Shown here one piece after another: positions 1 through 9,597 of a stretch of DNA of 64,000 nucleotides. Numbering within the stretch: position 1 is the first letter of the stretch; every line of letters starts with the position of its first letter. This DNA comes from Alphaproteobacteria bacterium (GTDB taxonomy: Bacteria; Pseudomonadota; Alphaproteobacteria; UBA828): positions 768,001 through 832,000 of the forward strand of contig CBDEFM010000002.1 of NCBI GenBank assembly GCA_965237415.1. Reading direction: 5' to 3'. The notes under the pieces were generated by a model. The model was not told the origin of the DNA and did not search any database. It was given only the letters and a program-made list of their open reading frames with translations. The translations under genes and the position numbers were made by a program.

Positions 1-694
1 GCCGGAAAGCTGCTGGCTCCCGCAAGCGCAGAGTCTCGGCAGCGTGGAAGCCGTCCACAAGGATCGAGTCGCCGCCGTCCGCGTCGTTCTCCAGGCAATG
101 CAACAATTGATAGTCGGGTGGCCGTTCCCAGTTGGGCAGATCGGTGTGGCACAGCAGCCCGAGCGCGGTATAGGCGTTGCTGTTGGGCTCGAGCTTCGAG
201 ACGACATCGAAATGTTCGCCGAAGTTGGTCGCCCGCGCAGGGCCGATGAGACCCGCCAGGGCAAGAACACTCAGCGGCTCGCGCGGGGTGCCGCGCAGGA
301 CGGCGACACCGGAATCGCGCAGGAAACGGAGCCAGCGCAGGAGAGCGTTGTCGCTGCCTGTGACCGCGCCGTAGTCCGCGCCGGGCATGGACTTCGACAG
401 CTCGGCACCCCATGTAACCGGCGCCGGGCCGCAATGCGAACCGTCGTTCTCACCGTGGCAATGCGCCCTGAGCCAGTCCGGGTCGTAGTCGCTGACATGA
501 TCTTCAGGATGCCACCGGACTCGGAGGCCGCCCGCGTCCGTGATCGAAACCGACGTGGCGTCAAGGTCTGCCGGCACCGTGAGGGGATCGAGGATGCGCT
601 CCAGGGTATCCGGGTGCCGGCACTGCCGGCAGCCGCAGTTGTCCCTCAGCCAGAAGTGGTGGAAGGTCGCGGCGGTGCCGTCGCCCCAGGTCAC
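1..694 (-). CDS. gamma-butyrobetaine dioxygenase / TauD-family Fe(II)/2OG dioxygenase (runs off the window start; start codon uncertain)
   Basis: Not in the ORF track; translated by hand. N-terminal Zn motif FWLRDNCGCRQCRH, then TNFGEHFDV, NAYT..GL..HTDLP (HxD iron motif) and QLLHCLENDADGGDSILVDGF. Confidence 0.85.
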   Translation of the reverse strand, partial: MTWGDGTAATFHHFWLRDNCGCRQCRHPDTLERILDPLTVPADLDATSVSITDAGGLRVRWHPEDHVSDYDPDWLRAHCHGENDGSHCGPAPVTWGAELSKSMPGADYGAVTGSDNALLRWLRFLRDSGVAVLRGTPREPLSVLALAGLIGPARATNFGEHFDVVSKLEPNSNAYTALGLLCHTDLPNWERPPDYQLLHCLENDADGGDSILVDGFHAAETLRLREPAAFR

Positions 695-717
695 GCGGAT
701 GGAGCGCGACTGCCGCC

Positions 718-1794
718 TTACATTGCGGAGCCGACCGCCTCCCGCACCATTTGGTGAAAGTAGTGCACGCCGTTCTCGTGGCGCGGGCTGAGCGGGCCTC
801 GATCGTACACGCCGGCCTCTAGGTTCTCCTGAATGATCGGCGTGATCCATTGGTCCTCCTCCGACACCTGGACGCCGTAGGCGATCGTCGCCTCGAAGTC
901 CTCTTGGCTGACCGAGTCCGGCCGCCAGTAGTCGTAGACGAGCCGCGTCTGGCGCGGGCCGACCGGCTCCATTCGCATGAAGGAAAGCCCGTCGGGGTAA
1001 GAGTTGAACGCAAAATTGGGGAAACGCCAACCGAAAGCGCCGGGATGGGTCGAGCGATCCTTCGGCGGCCCGTCGTGCAGGCTGCCGCCGTCGAAATTGA
1101 TGACCCTGTAGCGCTTCCAGTCGAGATCACGGTTCAATCCGGGGTGCAGCGGGGGGATATGATAGCCCTCCTGGTAATTGTCGACATAGGTCTTCCAATT
1201 GCAGTCGACAACAAGCACCAGCTCTCGCCCGAAACTGGCCTGCGCCGGTGCGGTCCGCTCGACGATGTCCTCGATCGGACCGAGCCATTCGATGAGTGGC
1301 GGTGCGTCCGGGTCCAGGCACACGAAGAGGAGGCCACGCCAGACGCCGACGGAGACGGGAAACAGTGACAACGCGGCCTTTGGAAAATCCGGTGCCTCAC
1401 CGAACAGCGGCACATGATCCAGGGCGCCGTCGGAACGATAGCGCCAGCCGTGATAGGGGCATTCGATGGTCCCGCAGCGCCCGTTGGATTCCGTGAGCAG
1501 CTTGGAGGCTCTGTGCCGGCAGACATTGTGGAAGCCGTGCAATGCGCCGTCCTCGCCGCGGCGCACGAAGAGAGGGAACCCTGCGGGAGCCGCCGTTATG
1601 TATTGACCCGGCTCGGCGAGTTCCGCCTCGCGGCCAATCCAGAGCCATTGGCGCGAGAAAATGTGGCGTCGCTCGGCCTGGTAAATCTCCGGGTCGCTGT
1701 ACCACCGGGCCGGCAGCGCCCACACGGTGGCCGCCCGCATCCGCTCGCTGATCGCACCGTCCAGGTCTTTGGCTGCTCGGCTTGCAGAGGACAT
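718..1794 (-). CDS. Rieske non-heme iron oxygenase alpha subunit (choline/carnitine monooxygenase-like)
   Basis: Rieske ligands CRHR...CPYHGW; NWK...DNYQEGYHIPPLHP iron site; ED..I...IQENL and HENGVHYFH. ATG at 1794 follows GGGAGG. Confidence 0.9.
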   Translation of the reverse strand: MSSASRAAKDLDGAISERMRAATVWALPARWYSDPEIYQAERRHIFSRQWLWIGREAELAEPGQYITAAPAGFPLFVRRGEDGALHGFHNVCRHRASKLLTESNGRCGTIECPYHGWRYRSDGALDHVPLFGEAPDFPKAALSLFPVSVGVWRGLLFVCLDPDAPPLIEWLGPIEDIVERTAPAQASFGRELVLVVDCNWKTYVDNYQEGYHIPPLHPGLNRDLDWKRYRVINFDGGSLHDGPPKDRSTHPGAFGWRFPNFAFNSYPDGLSFMRMEPVGPRQTRLVYDYWRPDSVSQEDFEATIAYGVQVSEEDQWITPIIQENLEAGVYDRGPLSPRHENGVHYFHQMVREAVGSAM

Positions 1795-1827
1795 CGCGTC
1801 CCTCCCCACCAACGGCAGAGGTTGTCG

Positions 1828-2634
1828 TCAGACGTCTATCCGATCAAGCGCTCTACCTTCGGCATCGAAGCAGGCGGCGGTAAGCGTTCCGCCGAACCCC
1901 GCGCCGCCATCGACTGTCGCAACGTAGTCGTCCAGGCTCACTCCCCCCTGCGACGGATCGAAACCGCGGATGATCTTCTTGAAGTCGGCGTAGGGCGGGG
2001 TCAGCGTCGCGAGCTGATCGCTCCCCCACCAGAAGGCGTCTCTCTGGGTGTCGATGGGGCGGGACGGATCGAGTCCCGAATTCACGAACAGGAGTGCACC
2101 ATCGTCGGTAAAGGCCGCCTGTCGCACGCTCGCAAGCAATTCCTGATGCCCCGGATACTGCTGCATCCTGACGCGCAATTCGCTCAGCCAGCGGGCGATC
2201 TCCTGAGAGCCATTGCTGACTCGCCCCTCCGCCTCGGCGGCCCCCCAACCATAGGCCGCGAGAGTCTGCTGCACGCCCCGATCCAACATCCAACGCAACA
2301 CGCTTGACGGCTCGACGGAGAGGTGGAGACGAAACAGCTTCTGCCACATCTCCTCCTGACTGCCGCGCAGATACGCCACGTCGCACACACCCATGTGCGG
2401 CACGGCAAGCAGCGCACCGCGGAAGGCCACCATCTCGTCGAGGGTGGCGGCGACATGGGTGCCGTGGCCAAGATAGTTGCCGAGGTAGACGATGCGGTCG
2501 CCCGATTGGAACCGCTCTTCGATCGCGGCGTGCAGAGCGGCGAGCCTTTCCGCTTCGCCGTGAATGGCGCCGACGGCCCAGATGCGTCCGCCGCTGCGGA
2601 TCGTCCCGAACCGTTCGTTGGTGGCGCAGCCCAC
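1828..2634 (-). CDS. calcineurin-like metallophosphoesterase-fold protein with degenerate metal ligands
   Basis: IWAVGAIHG, VYLGNYLGHG, YLRGSQEEM and LFVNSG align with the PPP phosphatase motifs; start estimated at GTG 2634. Confidence 0.75.
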   Translation of the reverse strand: MGCATNERFGTIRSGGRIWAVGAIHGEAERLAALHAAIEERFQSGDRIVYLGNYLGHGTHVAATLDEMVAFRGALLAVPHMGVCDVAYLRGSQEEMWQKLFRLHLSVEPSSVLRWMLDRGVQQTLAAYGWGAAEAEGRVSNGSQEIARWLSELRVRMQQYPGHQELLASVRQAAFTDDGALLFVNSGLDPSRPIDTQRDAFWWGSDQLATLTPPYADFKKIIRGFDPSQGGVSLDDYVATVDGGAGFGGTLTAACFDAEGRALDRIDV

Positions 2635-2656
2635 TTGGTTGCAGGGAGGACGACCC

Positions 2657-3550
2657 CTACGCCGCGCGTAGGACGTCCTCCAGCTTGGTCGCGGCCTGCT
2701 CGGTATCGGTATTGTCCACCGCGGCGAACTCCCGCGCCAGACGATCCAGCGCTGCCTCGTACATCTGACGCTCGCTGTAGCTCTGATCCGGTTGGCCGAC
2801 ATTGCGATGGAGGTCCCGCACGACCTCGGCGATCGACACCGGATCGCCGGAGTTGAGCTTCGCCTCATACTCCTGGGCCCGCCTGCTCCACATGACACGG
2901 CGCGTGCGCGCCCGCCCCCGCAGGGTCGAGATAGCCGCGTCCATGGTCTCGCGCGAGCTCAACCGGCGCATACCGGCCGAATCGACCTTATGGGTCGGCA
3001 CCAGCAGGGTCATCTTGTCCTTCTCGAAGGCCACGATGAACATCTGCAGGGTCTGGTCTCCCACTGTCCGCTCGTCGATCCCGGTAATCCGGCCGACGCC
3101 GTGGGCCGGATAGACCACATGGTCGCCCACGGCGAAGCCGTTGATCTCGGTCGGGGGCTTCTTCTTCCGCCGTGGCTCGGCAGAAGCGGTGCCAGGCTTG
3201 ACCGCGGCGCTGCTCTTTGCAACTCGCTTGGTCTTCGCCCCACCCCCGGCTTTGACGGTCTTGGCGGATTTTGCGGCCTTGGCGTCCTTCGCGCGCTTGG
3301 CCGCCGCCTGAGGCTTCACCGTGTCCCCCTCCTGGGACTCCGGCTGTTTCGATGCCAGCCGCGAAGAGCCACGCCGAGCACTGCCCGTCGTGCCGGTCGG
3401 CTTCTTCGTGGCCGTCCGAGAGCGCGCCGACGCCGTCGACCGCGTTGCGGTACTCGGGGAGGCGGAAGTGCCTTTCCGGGCCTTGGCGGGGGACTGTTCT
3501 TTAGTGGAGGTTCTCGATTTGGGCGGCGCCTTGCTGCTCACTGTGTCCAC
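2657..3550 (-). CDS. carD: CarD family transcription factor with long Lys/Ala-rich N-terminal extension
   Basis: FAVGDHVVYPAHGVGRI, MWSRRAQEYEAKLNSGD and QSYSERQMYEAALDRLARE; exact start uncertain. Confidence 0.92.
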   Translation of the reverse strand: MDTVSSKAPPKSRTSTKEQSPAKARKGTSASPSTATRSTASARSRTATKKPTGTTGSARRGSSRLASKQPESQEGDTVKPQAAAKRAKDAKAAKSAKTVKAGGGAKTKRVAKSSAAVKPGTASAEPRRKKKPPTEINGFAVGDHVVYPAHGVGRITGIDERTVGDQTLQMFIVAFEKDKMTLLVPTHKVDSAGMRRLSSRETMDAAISTLRGRARTRRVMWSRRAQEYEAKLNSGDPVSIAEVVRDLHRNVGQPDQSYSERQMYEAALDRLAREFAAVDNTDTEQAATKLEDVLRAA

Positions 3551-3710
3551 AATTCCCTGTCCGATTGAGATACGGCCGTGCCCGAGGGGCATTACGCCAA
3601 CGGCGGCCGCTCGGCGGGCCGCCGTATCGGGCCGGGCGCCGATCGCCCCGCCGCGGGTAAGACCAATATATCACAGCCGCCGCGCAATTTCCACCGCCCG
3701 GCCTGCTCGA

Positions 3711-4055
3711 TCAGTCCCCTTCTCCGGGTTTATCGGAAAAATATTTGGAAAACTTGCCCTCTTCGTCCTTGTAGTCGTCAGCGTCGTCGGGCGGGTCGCC
3801 TTTTCGCGTGATATTGGGCCAGATCTCGGCGAATTTGCGGTTGATCTCCAACCACCGGTCCGAGTCGTCGTCGCCCGCAGTATCGGGGATAATCGCTTCG
3901 ACCGGACATTCCGGCTCGCATACGCCGCAGTCGATGCACTCGTCCGGGTGGATCACCAGCATGTTCTCGCCTACATAGAAGCAATCCACCGGGCACACTT
4001 CGATGCAGTCCTGATACTTGCACCGAATGCAGGCCTCGATCACCAGATAGGTCAT
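3711..4055 (-). CDS. fdxA: 7Fe/8Fe ferredoxin FdxA
   Basis: [27 protein letters not shown]...[12 protein letters not shown]. Confidence 0.95.
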   Translation of the reverse strand: MTYLVIEACIRCKYQDCIEVCPVDCFYVGENMLVIHPDECIDCGVCEPECPVEAIIPDTAGDDDSDRWLEINRKFAEIWPNITRKGDPPDDADDYKDEEGKFSKYFSDKPGEGD

Positions 4056-4121
4056 TCGCTTTGTGCTCCGTGCTTCGCTCGTGAGTGCGCCGCTGCCGGC
4101 CCTTCAACTGGCGGCCGATCG

Positions 4122-4583
4122 CTACGTTCCGTGTCCGACGCGGGCAAGCACACGCTTGCGTGCTTCTCCCCGTTCCCGATCCGTAATGTGAAGCAAGCCG
4201 CCAACCCGGCGGAGCAGATTGGCTTCATATGCGTGAAGCCGCCCATCAGCATAAACCACCTCCCACAGCATCTCCATCACCGCAAGACGATCCTCGTGGT
4301 CGTATCGGTCGTTGATGGTTCGCGTGAAGCGGTGAAGATCGGTCGCCTCGTGATGAGCGGCTTCGGCCTCATCGATCAGGGTGTCGGCTTCGGTATCGCT
4401 AAGCCCAAAATGCGCGCCCAAGGTTGCGCAAATGGCATCGCGCTCATCGCCGTCGAAATGTCCATCCATGCACGCCGCCTCGACCAGAAGCGCTGCCGCG
4501 GCGAGCTTCGGCGCCTCGGTTTCGACTGGACCGGCGCTGCCCGCGTCGGCACCGCGCAAGAGGGTCTTGATACGATCGATCAC
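4122..4583 (-). CDS. TerB family protein
   Basis: AAAALLVEAACMDG...LWEVVYADG.L..YE..LLRRVGGLL. Confidence 0.85.
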   Translation of the reverse strand: MIDRIKTLLRGADAGSAGPVETEAPKLAAAALLVEAACMDGHFDGDERDAICATLGAHFGLSDTEADTLIDEAEAAHHEATDLHRFTRTINDRYDHEDRLAVMEMLWEVVYADGRLHAYEANLLRRVGGLLHITDRERGEARKRVLARVGHGT

Positions 4584-4656
4584 GGGCGCTGGGTATCATA
4601 CCGACGGCAACCGACTCAAGAGCCACCCGGGTACGCTCCGCCCGGCCAAACGCGCC

Positions 4657-4941
4657 CTACTCCTGCTCGATTTCCTCGTAGAGTTGCCGCGCTTCGGGCG
4701 CAGATCCGCGCCGCTCGGCCACTTCCAGGATCCGTACGATTCTCACCATCCTCCCCTGCACGAAGGTCAGCACGTCGCCGGGACCGACTGTCCGGTGCGC
4801 CTTTGTGATGCGGCGGCCATTGACGCGAATGCGCCCGGCTTCGCAGGCCTTTTGCGCGAGCCCCCGCGTCTTGAAAAAGCGCGCATACCAGAGCCACTTG
4901 TCCAGCCGGCTCACCGGGAGAGCAGGCGCGTCCCGCGTCAC
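4657..4941 (-). CDS. S4-domain RNA-binding protein (Hsp15-like)
   Basis: RLDKWLWYARFFKTR.LAQKACEAGRIRVNG; C-terminal RRGSAPEARQLYEE. Confidence 0.9.
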   Translation of the reverse strand: MTRDAPALPVSRLDKWLWYARFFKTRGLAQKACEAGRIRVNGRRITKAHRTVGPGDVLTFVQGRMVRIVRILEVAERRGSAPEARQLYEEIEQE

Positions 4942-7475
4942 GACGGGCGAGCGCCACCGGTGGCAAGCACGCTGAGCTTCGCGAAGGGAGAGTCGGGGTC
5001 CGCCTCCCTCCCCCTGCGGCGGCTCTTCTCCGCTGGCCTGTGGGGGCGCAGGCTATTCCGGGCAAATCGCTGGAGGCCATCGGTGCCGATGCCGACCATC
5101 GTGTAGCCGAGAGCGCCGAGAATGTCGTCGAACTTGGCACGCTTGCACGCGGCCAACTTGAGCATTCCGGGGTCGATGGCGAACGGCTCCCGACGGGCTG
5201 CCCTGCGCAGGCGCGCGGCGAGGCGTTCAGCGATGTCCGCACGGACCACCTGGGTGTCCAGGGGAACCAGGCCGAGTGCGGCGTAGCACGCGTCGGGCAC
5301 GGCAGGATCGCGGTCCATCGAGACTGCGGAGCCGAGCATGGGAGGCGGCGTCCCAGCGCCGCTCCAGGCCCACCATAGCAGGCCGGCGCAGCGCGAGCGT
5401 GCCGGCTTCAGCATCGCGGGCATGAACACGGAGAGCGCGCCGAGCTGCACGCCAGCCTGGGCGAGCGCGTGCCGGCCCGCGTTGTCGAGCGCGGCGATCT
5501 GAGGAGAAAGCGCGCGCCGGGGCAAGCTACCGAGCGCCTCGGTCAACGCAAACGCGACGCCGCGCGCCGTGCCGTCCAATGCCGCCTCGCGCAGCGACAC
5601 CAAGGGGCCTGCGCCGCGCGAGAGACGGTGATCCAGCCAAGACTGAAGACGGCGCCGCACGCGCTCACGCTGCGCTGCGCTCAGATGATCTTCGCCGACG
5701 AGCGCGATGGTCGGTTTGAGCGGCGTGTCGCCCCGACCGAGGCGAGCGATGCAGGCGCCGCCCCAGGCGATCTCGCCCCATCGCGGCGCGTCTTGCCGTC
5801 CTGGCTCGAGTCCGAGCGTAAACGCATCGTAGGCATCCGCCACCGCTGCGGCGACCCGCCGCGCCACTTCGCGCTCGACCACACGATTGGCAGCCGCGAG
5901 CACACCGCGGCTCCGCTCGGCCTCAGCATCGGGCCGGAAACGAAAGCCGTCGAAGACCCCCGCCCTCTCGCCTTCTACCATGACCGCGCCGCTGTCGCCG
6001 ACGATCGCGAAGAGAGTCTCGTCCATACGCCCGCCGTTACGGGGCAGTCGCGCCCTGCGACTGACGAAGAGCTGGGTCAGCTGCGTATGGAGTGCGTCGG
6101 AGAGCGCGTCCTCGAGCGCCCGGGTGCGCTCCTGCCAACCGCGCGCATCGTCCACCCAATCGGTGCGATGGGACACGTAGGTCCAGGTTCGAACATGGCT
6201 GATGCGGGCTGTCAGTGTATCGATGTCGCCCTCGGTGGGTGCCAACCGCTCGATCGAGCGACCGACCCACTCCGGAGACAGTCGGCCGCTCTCAACCAGG
6301 GAGAGGTAAATTCGGCGCACGAGACCGACGTGATTCTCCGTCATGGTCTTGCGGAAATCGGGGATTTGGCAGACCTCCCAGAGGAGCGCAACGCGATCGG
6401 CACCGGTCAGTGTCTCTGCGATCGCCGGGTCGCGGGCGAGCGTGAGCAGCGTACGGTGGTCGTCCGCATCGTGGGTCCGCTGGAGGCCAGGGAGCGGCGG
6501 CGGCGCGGCCAGCGAATCGAGCAGCGCTGGCAGCGTCTCGAAGGAAAGCGCGGCGTTCCGCCAGTAGGCCCTGCGTACCGGCGGGAACCGGTGATCCTCG
6601 ACTGCCTGCACGAGGGACGAGTCGAAGGGCTCGACCCCGCCGGTTGTGCCAAAGCTGCCGTCCGTAAGGTGGCGGCCTGCGCGGCCGGCGATCTGAGCAA
6701 TCTCAGCGGACGTAAGCATCCGCGTCGAGCGGCCGTCGAACTTCTGGTAGGCCGAGAACGCGACATGATCCAGGTCCAGGTTGAGCCCCATGCCAATGGC
6801 ATCCGTGGCGACCAGACTGTCCACCTCGCCCGCCTGGTAAAGACCGACCTGGGCATTGCGGGTGCGCGGGCTGAGCGCCCCCAGCACCACGGCGCACCCG
6901 CCCCTCAGCCCGCGGATGCGCTCGGCAAGCGCGTAGACCGCCTCGGTCGAGAAGGCGATGACGGCATTCCGGGGCTTGAGCCGGGCCAGCTTGCAATGCC
7001 CTTCGTGCGCGAGCGTGGAAAGCCGGGGGCGGCTCGTGAACCGCGCCTCGGGCACAAGCGTTCGGATCAGGGGGCGCATGGTGTCTGCACCGAGGAACAT
7101 GGTCTCCGCCGTGCCCCGGGCGCGCAGCAGGCGGTCGGTGAAGATGTGACCGCGCTCGCGATTGCCTGCGAGTTGAATCTCGTCAACCGCGACGAACTCG
7201 ACCTGCCTGTCCAGCGGCATCGATTCGACGGTGCAGACGAAATAGCGCGGCTGCTCCGGAATCCGCCGTTCCTCGCCCGTCACCAGGGCGACAGCGCCCT
7301 CGCCCTTTGCCTCGACCACCCGATCGTAGACCTCGCGCGCGAGGAGTCGGAGCGGGAAGCCCATCATGCCGGTGCGGTGGGCCAACATGCGCTCGACCGC
7401 CAGATGGGTCTTGCCCGTGTTGGTCGGGCCGAGCAGCGCGGTGACGGCGGCGTTTTCGGCGTCGTGCCGAACCAT
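4938..7475 (-). CDS. Suv3/MgpS-like SF2 helicase
   Basis: LGPTNTGKT Walker A, VDEIQ, VATDAIGMGLNL, QIAGRAGR; conserved position next to S4-fdxA-carD. Confidence 0.9.
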   Translation of the reverse strand: MVRHDAENAAVTALLGPTNTGKTHLAVERMLAHRTGMMGFPLRLLAREVYDRVVEAKGEGAVALVTGEERRIPEQPRYFVCTVESMPLDRQVEFVAVDEIQLAGNRERGHIFTDRLLRARGTAETMFLGADTMRPLIRTLVPEARFTSRPRLSTLAHEGHCKLARLKPRNAVIAFSTEAVYALAERIRGLRGGCAVVLGALSPRTRNAQVGLYQAGEVDSLVATDAIGMGLNLDLDHVAFSAYQKFDGRSTRMLTSAEIAQIAGRAGRHLTDGSFGTTGGVEPFDSSLVQAVEDHRFPPVRRAYWRNAALSFETLPALLDSLAAPPPLPGLQRTHDADDHRTLLTLARDPAIAETLTGADRVALLWEVCQIPDFRKTMTENHVGLVRRIYLSLVESGRLSPEWVGRSIERLAPTEGDIDTLTARISHVRTWTYVSHRTDWVDDARGWQERTRALEDALSDALHTQLTQLFVSRRARLPRNGGRMDETLFAIVGDSGAVMVEGERAGVFDGFRFRPDAEAERSRGVLAAANRVVEREVARRVAAAVADAYDAFTLGLEPGRQDAPRWGEIAWGGACIARLGRGDTPLKPTIALVGEDHLSAAQRERVRRRLQSWLDHRLSRGAGPLVSLREAALDGTARGVAFALTEALGSLPRRALSPQIAALDNAGRHALAQAGVQLGALSVFMPAMLKPARSRCAGLLWWAWSGAGTPPPMLGSAVSMDRDPAVPDACYAALGLVPLDTQVVRADIAERLAARLRRAARREPFAIDPGMLKLAACKRAKFDDILGALGYTMVGIGTDGLQRFARNSLRPHRPAEKSRRRGREADPDSPFAKLSVLATGGARPS

Positions 7476-7545
7476 GACGGGAGGATTGGCGCTCGCCACC
7501 GATTTGGCAACCCCGTTCGCGCCCCCTCTCACAGACGTGCCCGGG

Positions 7546-7575
7546 GTTGAACCGCCCGCGGGTTCGTCACATATA
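7546..7575 (+). promoter_or_regulatory. putative RpoH (sigma32) promoter of htpG
   Basis: GTTGAA-N16-CACATATA resembles the alphaproteobacterial heat-shock consensus and lies about 45 nt before the htpG ATG. Confidence 0.55.
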
Positions 7576-7617
7576 GCGCCCCGAGTCCCCAGCAAACCGG
7601 GCGAATCGGAGGAAGTG

Positions 7618-9537
7618 ATGGCGAAAACGAACGGGGAGCGCCACGCGTTCCAGGCCGAAGTCAGCAAGCTGCTCGGCCTCATGGCCAATTCGCTTTATCG
7701 CGACAAGGAGATTTTCCTGCGGGAGTTGATCTCCAATGCCTCGGACGCCTGCGACAAGCTGCGTTACGCGGCGATCACACAGCCCGATCTGCTGGGCGAC
7801 GATGCCGCGCTCGCGGTGACCATCACGCCCGACAGCAGGAGCGGCGTGCTGGTGGTGGCCGACAACGGCATCGGCATGAGCCGCGAGGAGCTGATCGACA
7901 ACCTCGGGACAATCGCGCGCTCCGGCACCGATGCGTTCGTCAAGCAGATGGCCGAGGCGCAAGGCGGCGACGGAGAGGACGAGCAGGACGGGCAGGATGG
8001 CCTCGCCGCCGGCCTCATCGGCCAATTCGGTGTGGGCTTCTATTCGTGTTTCATGGTTGCGAAGCGGGTCGAGGTGGTGACGCGCAAGCCCGACGAGGCC
8101 GAGGGCTGGCGCTGGCGGTCCGACGGGACAGGATCGTTCTCGATCGCGCCGGATGCCGACGCCGCCCGCGGAACAAGGATCGAGCTTCACCTGCGCAAGG
8201 ACGACCACGAGTTTCTGGAACCGCTCCGCATCCGCACCGTCGTCAAGGCCTACTCCGACCATATCGGCCTGCCGATCTGGCTGGAAAACGATAGCGGCCA
8301 GAAGGAGATGGCCAACGAGGGCTCGGCGCTCTGGAGCCGGCCCAAGAGCGACATCGACGAGGTCCAATACCGCGAGTTCTACCACCACATCGCCCACATG
8401 CCGGGCGATCCCTGGCACACCATCCACCTCCATGCCGAAGGGCGCATCGAATACACGGCGCTTCTCTTCGTGCCGGACTCCAGGCCCTTCGATCTGTTCG
8501 ACCCGATACGCCAGCACCGGGTGCGGCTCTATGTCAGGAGGGTCTTCATCACCGACGAATGCGAGGGGCTGATCCCGCCCTATCTCCGTTTCATGCGGGG
8601 TGTGGTGGATTCCAGCGATCTTGCGCTCAACGTGAGCCGCGAGACCCTTCAGAACGACCCGATCCTGGCGAAGATCAGGACCGGCCTGGTCAAGCGCGTC
8701 TTCTCCGAACTCGAGAAGCGCGCCAAGAAGACGCCGGAGGAGTATGCGTCATTTTGGGAGAATTTCGGGGCGGTCCTGAAGGAAGGGCTCTACGAGGATG
8801 CCGAGCAGAAGGACCGGCTGCTTCCCCTCGTCCGCTTCCGGTCCACGGGCGGCGGCGATCGCTGGCTCTCGCTCGACGAGTATGTGGACGTCATGCCGGA
8901 GGAGCAGGAGGCGATCTACTACATCAGCGGGGAGGACCCCGATGCGCTGCGCCGCAGCCCGCAGGTCGAGGGTTTTTGTGCGCGCGGGATCGACGTGCTG
9001 CTCATGGCCGACCCGGTCGATCAATTCTGGCTGCCCGTGGTCGGCGCCTACAAGGAAAAGTCGTTCCGCTCCGTGACCCAGGGTGCGGCGGACCTCGACC
9101 GCTTCGCTGTGCGCGACGAGGACAAGCCGGATGAGACCGACGCACTCCCGCCAGGCGAGATCGACAAGCTGATCGCCCTGGTCAAGCTGACGTTGGCCGA
9201 CGCGGTGAAGGACGTGCGGACCTCCGAACGCCTGACCGACAGCCCTGTCTGCCTCGTCGCCGACGAGGGCGACCTCGACATGCACCTGGAGCGGCTCTTG
9301 CGCCAACATAAGCACGAGGTGCCGGCGCAAAAGCGTGTGCTCGAGATCAACCCGTCACACGATCTGACCCGCGCGCTGGCGCGCATGGTTGGGCAAAAGG
9401 GAGCGACCGAGGCGCTTGAAGACGCCGCCCATCTGTTGATGGATCAGGCACTCATCTTGGAGGGCGAGCCGGTCCCCGACCCTTCGGCCTTCACCAAGCG
9501 TCTCTCGGGGCTCATATCGCGCGCGCTAACGGAGTGA
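7618..9537 (+). CDS. htpG: molecular chaperone HtpG (Hsp90)
   Basis: FQAEVSKLL..SLY.DKEIFLRELISNASDA, DNGIGM, LIGQFGVGFYS, LNVSRETLQ; GGAGG RBS. Confidence 0.97.
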   Translation: MAKTNGERHAFQAEVSKLLGLMANSLYRDKEIFLRELISNASDACDKLRYAAITQPDLLGDDAALAVTITPDSRSGVLVVADNGIGMSREELIDNLGTIARSGTDAFVKQMAEAQGGDGEDEQDGQDGLAAGLIGQFGVGFYSCFMVAKRVEVVTRKPDEAEGWRWRSDGTGSFSIAPDADAARGTRIELHLRKDDHEFLEPLRIRTVVKAYSDHIGLPIWLENDSGQKEMANEGSALWSRPKSDIDEVQYREFYHHIAHMPGDPWHTIHLHAEGRIEYTALLFVPDSRPFDLFDPIRQHRVRLYVRRVFITDECEGLIPPYLRFMRGVVDSSDLALNVSRETLQNDPILAKIRTGLVKRVFSELEKRAKKTPEEYASFWENFGAVLKEGLYEDAEQKDRLLPLVRFRSTGGGDRWLSLDEYVDVMPEEQEAIYYISGEDPDALRRSPQVEGFCARGIDVLLMADPVDQFWLPVVGAYKEKSFRSVTQGAADLDRFAVRDEDKPDETDALPPGEIDKLIALVKLTLADAVKDVRTSERLTDSPVCLVADEGDLDMHLERLLRQHKHEVPAQKRVLEINPSHDLTRALARMVGQKGATEALEDAAHLLMDQALILEGEPVPDPSAFTKRLSGLISRALTE

Positions 9538-9597
9538 CAGTCGCCCGCGCAGAGTAAACACAACTGGCCCGGCGCCCCCGGAAGCCGGAGCGGCCCG

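Noticed and set aside
44-757. 237-aa plus-strand ORF
   Set aside because: Antisense to the gamma-butyrobetaine dioxygenase frame, which has clear motifs.
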